A stretch of 60,885 bases of DNA, filler included, from Sphacelaria rigidula (Eukaryota): NCBI GenBank assembly GCA_964200075.2. It is 6 parts of 6 records of this genome, joined end to end, with 100 filler letters (N's around TTAATTAATTAA, not from the genome) between each part and the next. Parts side by side here need not be neighbours in the genome. Positions count along the whole stretch, not along the records: positions 20,332 to 30,395 come from CAXNAA020007219.1; positions 30,496 to 40,559 come from CAXNAA020007220.1; 4 more parts are not named here. One strand, written 5' to 3'. The translations under genes were made by a program, and so were the position numbers. The notes beneath the pieces were generated by a model. The model ran no database searches, was not told where the DNA came from, and saw only the letters and a program-made list of their open reading frames with translations. Below are positions 25,166 through 35,948 of the stretch, piece by piece. Numbering within the stretch: the first letter of the stretch is position 1; each line of letters starts with the position of its first letter.

Positions 25166-26048
25166 GTTGATCGATCGATTTCCTCGCATTGGCTGATTCG
25201 CTGCAAATACAACGACATGGTCACAAAGTGGACGTGCTTGAGGCAAATGAGCGGAGACATTTGCTTGAGAAAAGCAGAATAGGAAAGGCAAAGGAAGAGG
25301 GGAGGTACCAAGAGACGATCGACCGATTGATGATGTTGATGTTCCTCGTTCGTGTTTTGGGATGTCTGCTCGAACCTACTCCACAGAAATGACCTTCGCT
25401 CGATCAGAGTTTGAATCAGGAATGCCACACTACCAGTAACCGCATGGCATCGTCTATCCGGTCTTGATTTTTCGCGCTCTCACTTCCATCCCGGGGCATC
25501 TGCACATTCGTTTGGGGTGTTTTTCGTGTTTGATCGAAGTGTGTCAGGTCGACTTTGACTTTCGCCAGACTGGCTCCGTTGAACCCGAAAACTGTAAATG
25601 TGGGGAAGCAGAATGTTTCATGACGTAGACGCGTGAGCGTGGTTTTGCAAGGGCGGTGTGGGTATTGTTGTATTACAGGCCGTCACGTCTGTTTCTCGCT
25701 CGATCAAACTGAACGCATTTCGTGGACACTGGAAAAGCTGACGGCGGGTTGCTGTTGAGCTCTCACCCTCTCGTCCTGTCCGCTTCGGGGTCATCTCTGG
25801 TCGTGACTAGCGATCCCTTCACAGCACGTGCTGCCGAGAAGGGTTTGCTTTCAGTGACGTCGCGACCGAGCAAATTACGCTTGACCAAGTTCGATGTGTG
25901 TTGGTAACCAACATTGACTTGAACGTGATCCATATTGCACTGATTACCTGGTCCAGCATCGTGGCGAAACCGTCAAACTCATTTTCCTGCTCCTGCCCTG
26001 CCTCTGACTGCCTGTGCGCAACGCACACACGCGAAAAAACACGTGCAG

Positions 26049-26675
26049 GGCACGATGTTGCGGGCCTTCATTTCGTCGTTCGCCACCCTGCCGGCCACGA
26101 CTCGCCGAGAGCTGGACGAGGTGGTGATGGTAGATCTCTGTGGTTACCACGGGCCGAGAAATGTTCGCAATCTCACGGCGGCGATGGAGTCCATCGCTTC
26201 AGCCACCGGCTTCAGGCTGGTGAAGTGGGTTCCAGGCAGCAGCATCTTCGCCGTGCTGGTCCACGAGACTGGCCTGCCAGAGGTTGTTGTCATCGGTTGG
26301 GTGACTGGCGTGACGGTTTACGCGGCCATAGTCATCGTCACTAGCATCTGGCTGGTTATCGCTCGCCTGCTTGCCGTCGCCAGGCACACCGTCCCGTCAG
26401 CCCTCGGACGGGGGTTATCGGCAGCCAGGCACGCCATGGCCAGCGCGTTGCAGCGGTTCGTGAACAGCGTCCGCGCAGTCGATGACCTCTTCGCTCGCGG
26501 TCGCCACAGGATCGAGGCAGCCTGGAACCACCCCGTGCAGGCAGCAGACGACCTATTCATGTTCCTGCTGGCGGTGCTGAGGGTGGATGGCCGAGTGTTG
26601 TCCGCGATGTTCGGGGTCATGACCGGGACAGTGCTGGTGCTTGGGTGGCTGGTGGTGGGCGTGGGGCAGGGCTAG
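26049..26675 (+). CDS. Coiled-coil / TM protein, terminal exon with hydrophobic segments
   Basis: CAG| acceptor, phase 0, 208 codons to TAG. Hydrophobic stretches VVVIGWVTGVTVYAAIVIVTSIWLVIA and VLSAMFGVMTGTVLVLGWLVVGV. Confidence 0.75.
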   Translation, partial: GTMLRAFISSFATLPATTRRELDEVVMVDLCGYHGPRNVRNLTAAMESIASATGFRLVKWVPGSSIFAVLVHETGLPEVVVIGWVTGVTVYAAIVIVTSIWLVIARLLAVARHTVPSALGRGLSAARHAMASALQRFVNSVRAVDDLFARGRHRIEAAWNHPVQAADDLFMFLLAVLRVDGRVLSAMFGVMTGTVLVLGWLVVGVGQG

Positions 26676-27050
26676 GGAGCGGCGACTCGGTCGGTGCCGT
26701 GGTGAAGGGGTCGGAGGCGGCTTGTGTGTGTGTGAGCGGCGACATACTGTAGTCGGGAAATGTTGACATTTGCTTTTGTTTTTGTTCCCCCCAACAGCTG
26801 AGAACATGAGGACCAACAGATCGAGCGTGTGCCGTTTAGGACAAAGCTGTTGCCGTTGTCTATTAATAGGTGGTGTAGGTGGGAGCACGCCTTTCGTCGT
26901 CAGCTGGTCTGTATTGCTCAGCACGGTAGTCTTGTGGGAAGGAGCCGCTGTTTGAGCGTCATCGTCCTCGGCGGGGGCTCTCCCTTGAGATACTCTACGA
27001 CGTCAGAGGGCCATGTTCTCTGTGTATTGTGATGAGCGCTGTAGGCATAA

Positions 27051-27127
27051 GGGGGGGGGCGCACTCATTTGTTGCTTGCCTTAGTCGTGTGACCATTGTC
27101 CGCGCATCTCTTTCGAGACGGAGCACC
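27051..27127 (-). mobile_element. 5'-truncated poly(C)-tailed element, subfamily A
   Basis: G9-cgcactcatttgttgcttgccttagtc...gagacggagcacc. Degenerate TSD gctgtaggcataagggg / gctgcaggcatgggg. Confidence 0.8.
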
Positions 27128-30100
27128 TGCTGCAGGCATGGGGTGAGAAAGGGGGTGAACGACGAAAGCAGGGTGTGTATGGGCTTGCAGGCCTCTACAT
27201 TGACACAAAATGCGCAGGGAGTGGGGAGAAGCGCGCCAGTCGATTCGGCTGCTGGGTTTCCGGGTAAAGCGTTCCTTCATGATGATGCACTGTCACCTTT
27301 GGCATGAGTGACGCCACTGCGTGCATGCCATGTCCCACGGAAAACACGAGGAGACTGAGGGATGTATCTCGGGGCCGGGGGAGAGGGGTAGTCATTAGTG
27401 CGGTGTGGTGATGATGTCCACATTTCGTTTCCTTTTCGTTCCCGTTTGTTTTCTCGGTTTGTCATCAGTCGTTTTCTGCCAGACAACCCTCCGGTGCACT
27501 AATTTCGCGTTGCACTTGGGATATGTGCAGTACTATCCAAAAATTAGTTTTATTTCATTTCCGTTCGATTTGATTCGATCTGATTTGTCCTTTCGTTTAT
27601 GCTGTTCGATGCTTGTTTATTTTCGTTTTCATTTTCGCGCTGACAGCGTGGCTACTTATTTTGTTTTTGCAGTTTTGGCAGCGTTTCGGGGCGCCTTCAG
27701 TCCCACCTGTGCAGAGGTCTTGTGATTATTTGTAGCGGTGTTCCCTCGCAGCGGTCTATATTCTGTCGCCGACTCCTTCTACTTCGATCATGTTATCCCC
27801 AGAGCCCGGAAGATGGGGGGGCGATCTCTGGACATGCTTAAGTTAGCGTTGGGGTGCGTGATGCAAGTGCGGAGATAGGTCGGACATACGAAGGTGAATC
27901 TCGCACACTTGTCACACTTGTCACGTGCTAAGTTACGTTAGGTCCTCTGAAGTAACCATTTTTCGATTTTCCCCGCTCCTGGGGATGGAAAATCGGCGGG
28001 CGATAAAAGACAACTCGACTGCCAGCATCATGTTCTTTCGTCAACCCGCGATGCGGGAGGATGGTACTGTTTGTATGTGTCTGGCGAACACCACGCCACG
28101 TGCCGTTGTTGACAATCGAATGCATGTGACTGGCATGGACTTCATACAGGGCTTAAAGCGTGGGAGAGAGAGAGAGACAATATGTGTGTGAGAAGCTAGT
28201 CAGTGATGAATGGCGCAAAATACTGTTGAAAGGGATCGATATGTGCGGTAGAGATGAACATGGTGATGGGCACAGTTCAAACCCCACGCCTGATGAGTCG
28301 CCGCCTCGACGCAAGACCTCTGGTCGAACGGCTCACTGTACCTATTCGGCGGCGTTCCACTGCGTCAAAGCTTAGACCTCCTAAAAGGAAAGCTTCGTTT
28401 GTCAGACGCGAAGGCGGACAGGTTCGATTCCGTGTTTGATGCTTCACACTGGAGAGCCGGTTGTTCTCCGTGGCTTCGTTGGTTCCAGACCTGAGGAAGG
28501 GGCTGGTTGTAGGTTGTGTTGCACGAGGCCTAAACCGCGAGCATCGTGTCTGTTGCGGTTAGGGGCGTGGAAATCACGATGCCGCTTCCTGTGTTCGTCA
28601 AGATTGTTGCAAGGTCACGAGCGTGCTCGGCGTTGGCTCGGCACCCCGACGATTTGGTAATGCGTGTTGCGATAACAGGGAGTCACAACCTCGATTTGTG
28701 TAAGAGATACTGATGTATGTCTCGGTCGCCACAGGGTTGAAGGAAGTAGAATGGCGAGCATCGCTTCTCGTATTTGACACGTTCATGATGATGTACGCGT
28801 TTGCTTGCGACGTGTTATAGGTGATGGTTGATGTTCCCGTGTGGATTGGCTTAAAGATTTCGCCGGTGTGCTGTATACACGACAGCAGAGGAATCTTGCA
28901 AACTTTTCCATCTCTTCACGCTATTTTTTGTTTGTTTGTTCCCGTGTTCCCAAAAAGTACAGAGATGAAGAGTGGGGGTAACGCCAAGCGTCTGTGGTGT
29001 AGGGCAAGTGACGCTGGAGGTACTTTGTTTGGAGGGTTGTAGGTCATCATCCGCTGTGGCCGTTGTTCGGTTGAGATGTAGTTCATGTTTTGAGTCGGAC
29101 AGGATTTTGCTGCTGACGTTTCTTCCAGCATCATTTTGCCCATTCAGTTTGTGCAGTAAGTGGGGAAGTGAGTGCCCTTGACCATTGCAGTGGAGGTGAA
29201 AAAACGATATCATACGCCATGGGTGAACTTTGATAAATGAACACCTCGTTGAGGCACGTGCTGTGCTACGTCGGCCGCGAAGTGTGCTGCGTGCTTTTGT
29301 ACGACGTCTTACGCGCATGTCTCGGTAAAGCTCACCAGACAGCGAGAGCGTGGCGGTTGTTGTGCGTGTATGCACCTCAAGCCACCCGTCGAGGGCCTCC
29401 AGTATAAATAGTGTGTTTTTTTTCTTGGTCTAATTGTCAGAATCATTGTTTCGGTTGTCGTACAGTGTGCCATTGCCGAAGGGGTGGGCCCGTTTGTTTG
29501 TTTGTTACTCGGTAGGTTGCGCCCCTGTTTCCTTCACTCCGCTTTTGCTCTTACTTGGTGGTTTGTATGAGCCCAGTGGAGGGGAGCACCGCGATATTTG
29601 CAAATCACGATTTTGCCGTTTCTGAGAATATCCTCTACTGAACACGTCTTGTCCGTACCTCGTCGCCTGGGGTTCCCGAGGTCTTGGTAGTGAGGAGGAT
29701 GCTTGCCGTAGAGGACTGTTGCTTAACAGCGAGCTCGAAGACCTGCCGTGTTGATGTGTGTGTGTATATCTGACGCGGACCGCCATCGTATGTACCAAAC
29801 AAAGTACGAGTGCGACTGAGAACCATTTCTTTGGAGATGTCGTGGACAGCAATCTATGATATTGTGAAGTGCCGCCGTTTGTCTTGTCTTGTATTCAGTC
29901 CCCGTTATATCGTTATTTGAGACTTACTACGGGACACCCGGAAACCGAACACAAAGGGGCTTGTGTTTGTGGCGGGCACAAAAGCGTTTCGTGTGTTTTG
30001 GCGACGTGTCTCCTAGCGTGGAGCGCGCCTCGTCGTTCGGGTTGATGTAGACACATTCATAACGTTCCTTATCGGATGTATGTACCGTATTCGCACGCTG

Positions 30101-30321
30101 CACATCAGATCGAGCGCGTGCGTCAATGACCGCTTGACGTGTTTGTTCCTCGAGACGCAGCAGGAGCAATCCACACAATGGTCCACGTTTTAGGTGGAGC
30201 ATGTCTCCTAGCACCAAGCAAGTATTAAACTCATCACGCTTGTGAAAACATGATCAATTCTGGCTGCAGATCTCTTCTCTAGCTCCCCTACTGCTACTGT
30301 CCTGGACTGTAAAAAGCTAGT

Positions 30322-30395
30322 AACAGCCTGGATTCGTTTTTGAGGTTCAACATTTGGGTGAGGTTCAACGGACCATCGAAATTTCATTTATTTTG
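30322..30395 (+). repeat. Dispersed repeat terminus shared with 60536-60610 (inverted)
   Basis: aacagcctggattcgtttttgaggttcaacatttgggtgaggttcaacggaccatcgaaatttcattta matches the reverse complement of 60536-60610 on another contig. Confidence 0.75.
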
Positions 30396-30495
30396 NNNNN
30401 NNNNNNNNNNNNNNNNNNNNNNNNNNNNNNNNNNNNNNNTTAATTAATTAANNNNNNNNNNNNNNNNNNNNNNNNNNNNNNNNNNNNNNNNNNNN
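30396..30495. other. Artificial contig spacer
   Basis: Same N44-TTAATTAATTAA-N44 structure. Confidence 0.98.
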
Positions 30496-30569
30496 GGAGA
30501 AAGTACTGTTTTGGGCTCGAACCTCATTTCATTGATGAACCTCATTATATAGAACTGTCTGTTATTTAT

Positions 30570-33430
30570 GTCTTTGATGTACGGAGCGCGTTACATTAGA
30601 TCCCAATAGCGGAGGAGGAGAAAGAAAAAACGGTCTTTGTTACAGAGAAAGGTAAGTGGGTTTTCAACAGGCTGCCCTTCGGCTTGGCATCCTCCCCCTT
30701 CATTTTCTCGCGAATAGTGACTCTTACTTTCTCACACTTTGGACCGAAGACTGGTCTGTTAGTGTCATGGATGAATTAATCGCTTGCTCCTCCACATGGG
30801 GCAGTCCCCTGACTCTACTGGAAGACATGTTCAAAGCACTGAAAAAGCAGGTCTTACTCTCAAGCCCTCTATAGCACAGTTTGGCCCTACGGAGGTCAAG
30901 TACCTCGGCTACACTTTGTCCGCTGACGGGATCAAAATTGGGGAAGACCGCGAAAAAGCCATATTAGATTTACACACACCAACGAACATCAAGCAATTAC
31001 GTTCGGTGTTGGGGACGATCAATTTTGTGAGGAAATGTATTCCGAACCACGCACAGGTAATCGCTCCCTTGGTAGATGGATCGCACGAAAAAAGAGGCAG
31101 CCAAGGAAGTAGCAAAACGCTTGAATCACGAACACGATGCAGCTTTCGCGGAAGTCAAAAAGCTTCTCATCACTGCTCATGTCCTTCATTTTCCAGACTT
31201 TTCGAAGGAGTTAACCATTCAGGTGGACGCGTCTGGAGAGGGCGCCGGGTCGGTGCTGACGCAGGATTAGGGGGGCAAAACTGCGATCGTAGCGTATTTC
31301 AGTCAGCATTTCAATCATGCTCAGCGGCACTACTCTGCTACACTTAAAGAGTGTTATGCAGTTGTATTAACTATACAACACTGGAGATCCTTTTTATGGG
31401 GAAGTCATGTCACGTGTGTGACAGATCATGCAGCACTACGGTACCTTCATTCCATGCAAGACACGAGCAATACGTTGACAAGATGAGCGATAGCTTTACA
31501 GTCATTTGTCTTCCCTGTGAAGTATAAACTGGGAAAATTCAATATCGTTCCGGACACTCTGTCAAGGATCTTTCGGTACGAAAAAGACCAGAGTAATGAG
31601 GTCAAACCCCTGCTTGCGCCAATTTGTCGGAACATCCCAGAGGACCCCACATTGCACGTGAAGAAACCGCACCAACCGTTTCAAATTTCATCGTATAAAT
31701 TGAATAATCTAAAACCAGTACAGAGCGACAGAGAGCTCTTTACCTTCAATGCTACCCACACAAGCGCTACACATATTTTCACGTCTGTCAACGAAGACAA
31801 GTTGCGAACCGAGCAGGAAAAGAAGATAGCTCTTATATCCAATATCTAACAGACGACGACGCACCGTTACCGGAAAAGGAGACACTGAACTTTTTGTCCT
31901 ACGTTTTGTTCCGTGACGATATTTTGTTTAGGTCAAACTTGTCGGGAAACCTTCAAAGAAAAGGCACCGACCGCGATAGACTAGTGCTACCAGAAGCTCT
32001 GGTTAATCTTGTTTTGAACTCATTTTACGATCATGTGTTGTCTGGAGGTCACCTTGAATTCAAATCGGCTTATGAAAAGATTGAGAACAAATATTATTGG
32101 CCGACATTGAGCCAAGATGTTCGAAAGCGGTGTCAACGTTGCCACTCGTGTCAGAGAAGAAAGACGACCCATTAACGTCCGAAATTGCCCGTAGGCCACG
32201 TACCTGTGAACAGACCTTTTGAGCGGATATCGATAGATCTTGTCAAATACGATTTCAAATTCGTCAGCCGGTGTGCCGTGTAAGTATGTAATACCTGTGA
32301 TGGATTATCTGACACGATATGCACTGTTTATTCCCATACCGAACAAATCTGCCAATACTGTGGCAAGAATGTTGGTAGACCGCGTCTTCACGAAATTTGC
32401 GAAACCCGAAAAACTACATTCCGATCAGGGTGAGGAGTTCGAAAACCGGGTAATACACCAGTTGCAGTTGATCCTTAAATTTGACAACATACGCACGACA
32501 CCATCCCGCCCTCAAGGCAACTCTGTTTCAAAACGCGTACACTCGAATTTGCACGCCATGTAAGCCTTGCATAGCTCTGTCGAACAAGACAACTGGGCGT
32601 CTATGCTACCCTTCATGCAAATGGCGTATAGTACTTCATTCAACACCTCAGTGCAAGAAAAACCCTATTTCCTCATGTTCGGACGTCAACCGAAATTACC
32701 TGTCGATATTATTTTGGGCATTTCCGAAAAAGGGCACGCTGTGGATGCTGAACAATACGCAAAATAGACAAAAGACAGCTTGAAGATAGCTTTCAAAATT
32801 GCAAGACGCAACTTGAAAAACGAGCAGACAAACAAAAGGCAAGCAATGATAAGCTCAAGCCATACTCTGTCTTGAAACCTGGCCAACAAGGGCTACTGCT
32901 CAGGCCACACCAAGACACAGACAATCCTAACCCAAAGTTGGTATTACCATGGCGGGGGGCATACAAGGTCGTCAAGCGAATTTCTTCGGTTCTCTATAAG
33001 GTCGGGATAAGCGAAGATGCGAAAGAGACGTCAGTATACCTCGCCTACCTTAAGCAACATTATCCACGAGAACGACCCCCAGCTCCCGAGTTTGACCAAC
33101 TCCACGAGTATTTCCTAGGCAAAAAATTACCCCTGGCCCAACTTGACCGTCCGGAAGTAACGAAACCAAGAATTGAACGTTACGTCATTGACAAGCTGGT
33201 GGGCCACAAACGAGGCTCGGGAAGAAAGAGTCATCAAAATTACAAGTACCGTCTCCGTCTTCAAGGCTACGGGCCTTCAACAGATTAGAGTACCGAGTGG
33301 ACGAGATGCCAAAATATCAACAACTCATACACGCGTATGGAATAAAACACAAGTTGAAAAATACGCGCTAATTTGACTCGCCATCTCGAAGTTCGAAGAA
33401 AAAGAAGAGAGAAAGCTATAAGGCGAGCTG
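30570..33430 (+). mobile_element. Decayed Ty3/gypsy pol (RT - RNase H - integrase - chromodomain-like), many stops and frameshifts
   Basis: IPIAEEEKEKTVFVTEKGKWVFNRLPFGL, VKYLGY, LRSVLGTINF, IQVDASGEGAGSVL, HVLSGGH...YYWP...C..CHSCQ zinc finger, LHSDQGEEFEN, PWRGAYKV, YVIDKLVGHK...YRLRLQGYGP. Domain order RT-RH-IN. Confidence 0.93.
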
Positions 33431-34032
33431 AAAAAAATCGTGTCATACTTACACGACTAACAATGATATCGGGACAGATTTCACGATCGAATACAGATCG
33501 ACGGTGAAGAGAGACTTGGTCTTTGAATCAAGCTCTTATCAGCTAGGGGAACTTGTTGACGAGGATTACCGTAAAAGCTCTTCCTACTCCGAGCAAAATG
33601 CTCCGAGAAAAGAATAAGCATATTTTCACCACCGCTGTACCCGATATCAACCTCTCCCTGGTTATCTAATATATCGCGTAGCCATCATATCTCCACTCCT
33701 CTGCAAGTCATGAGCGGACCTCAGTGGTACAGACCGTCGGATACGGTAATCTATGCAGATCATTCAGCTGATCACTGAACGAAGCTTGCACGAAATTTCT
33801 AGGAAAACAAATCACGTTTCCAATTTTTGCTTTACACGACCCTGGAGGAAAATGTCGATAATATTCGCTGGTCAGTGTTTCTCAACACCCATTCTAGAGG
33901 ATATGACGCGTTCAACTTCAGGCTACTATGAAAGTATCTCAGAAGCACGTACAAATCAGACTCCCAAAACATTTAATTTTCATTCTCCCAAATGCCCGCC
34001 ACGAGCCTTCACAGTTGGCCTCGCGGCGCATC

Positions 34033-34378
34033 AAAGGGGGGGGTGACGTGGAGATCGCCATTTGGGTATGTGCGGCGAGATTTCCTTTTATGACGTGTAA
34101 CCTAGTGAACCGTTGTTACAGGGGTAGTTGTCGCAGGAGCCCCGAAACTTTCATATCTGTACAGCCCAATTGCTGGCTATCCCTGGGGATCCCTTTTTGA
34201 CTTGGATTCTTAGACTTCGTCTTCGAACTAAATCGCTCGCGCTCGTCGAGCTTTCTGAGTGATCTACTTGCCTCAACCGCACAACTTCCGGTCAATCCTT
34301 GACTACATAACCCGAGGAAAGTCATCGGCCGCCTTCGGCGGTTTCTACCGTCACCGGGAGTTTCACGACTTCCACATA
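34033..34378 (+). mobile_element. Probable PPT and 3' LTR of the gypsy element (3' edge uncertain, possibly 34645)
   Basis: AAAGGGGGGGG immediately followed by TGACGTGGAG at 34044. Confidence 0.5.
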
Positions 34379-34953
34379 TACCTGCAAACTAAAATGGGGC
34401 AGATGTATTTCTGATACAACTGAAAAATCAGCGAAGTACAGGTTCACCGTCGGTCGGCTGATACAGCAAAAGGTGCGCGGCCAAAAGAGGTTGAAGAGGG
34501 GACGGGGACGAAAGAAGACGAAGTAGCGCGTCTAGAAGCGTGTGTAAAACACGGTTTAGGTGAAGGCGTGCGGCAGAAAAAAGCTGGGCGGGACGAACAG
34601 CAGGAGGCGCGCTGTTGGGAAAACTGCGTGTGCACCTGTACGTCACTGTAGACTATACTGTAAAAATCGATCAAACGGAAAGAAAGCAATTGACTCACGC
34701 AACAAAAATACAAAACAAGGCTAGAGCAAGATGGGGAAACAGCAACCAGAGGGCGGTACAGATGGCTGATAAGCAAGCAACTCCTCTACTATGAAAAAGG
34801 GAAAACAAGCCATCAAGCACGCAGATTCTCCAAGTCGAACGCCAATCGTGATAAGATTGTGATAGAGTTGTCAAGCATGCACCACTGTGTATACGCGGGT
34901 CAAATCGGGTTAAGTCTGACAGGTCCTAGCAAGGTCCTCGCAGGTCACAAGCG

Positions 34954-35328
34954 TGTCCGAAACAGTTCACATCTCAATATCTTCACGCAGTAAGCTATAT
35001 CCACTCAAAACAAAACACTCTTGTTCACTCGTATTCGTTATCGCTCTGTTCGATGCTCTCTTACGGTGCTCAGCGGCTATAGCAATTGTTCAGCTGTTGG
35101 CTCCATGTTAGCAAGTGGGCCGGGAGGGCTGATGGGTATGTAGCTAAAAAAGCCTCGTCCAAAGGGTATGACATATAGACCTACGACATATAGACCAGGT
35201 CTATATGTCATACCCTTTGGCCCCGTCTATCCCCTTTAGCTTACTTATATCTGACGTAGTCAAGCTTGATCAGACCCGCAACCCTAAAATCCCAGGTTTG
35301 ATCATGAACGCCTTCTAGCTTCATGACA
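34954..35328 (-). mobile_element. Solo LTR of the gypsy family seen at 45873 and 48018
   Basis: Reverse complement begins TGTCATGAAGCTAGAAGGCGTTCATGATCAAACC and ends ...GTTTCGGACA; aligns with 48018-48301. Confidence 0.8.
35160..35219. mobile_element. 60-bp hAT/P-like micro-element inserted in the solo LTR
   Basis: Perfect 23-bp TIRs CAAAGGGTATGACATATAGACCT. 8-bp TSD GCCTCGTC / GCCCCGTC (35152-35159 and 35220-35227). Absent from the other LTR copies. Confidence 0.85.
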
Positions 35329-35948
35329 CGCGACCGGCCTCATTGGGCCCTCGTGTGCTCAACCGACCGTTCATGACGCGCTTAGGAAAGCGCGTTTCCT
35401 TACCTGTACTGCACATTGCCCGCTTCTCTTTCACACCCTATACTGTATGGAACACGCAAGCACGCACACTCTGCTCTGGCTGACACTATTACAGCAACGC
35501 GTGTATCGCAGCTGACGGCACATAACACCCCCGATCGAAACTTGCACGCGTGCAAACTGAAACGATGCGTAGCGTATACCGCGTACTCTGCAGTACGGCA
35601 CCGCACGTTTCTGCACGGTATGGTACGGGTATGGTGCAGTCCAGTACAGCACCATACCGTGCTTTTAGTGATTCGTGTCCCTATCGAAGTACAAACCGCG
35701 GTCAAAATAATTCGATAGCGGCCTTGTGTTCGATCCTCTTGTTCGATCCATTGGCTTGCTTTTTTGAAAAGGTAAGGTCTGCAGTACGGGCTTTTCAAAA
35801 ATAGGCATACATACATAGCGCGTACATGGCAGAGATCCTCCATCAGCGGTTCTTGCTCCGTAGCATGGCCGTGCGTACATTGTTAGAAAATGAGGCTATG
35901 GAGCCATGCTCTTCAACGCTTCGTATGGTATTGACTTGATATATGTAG

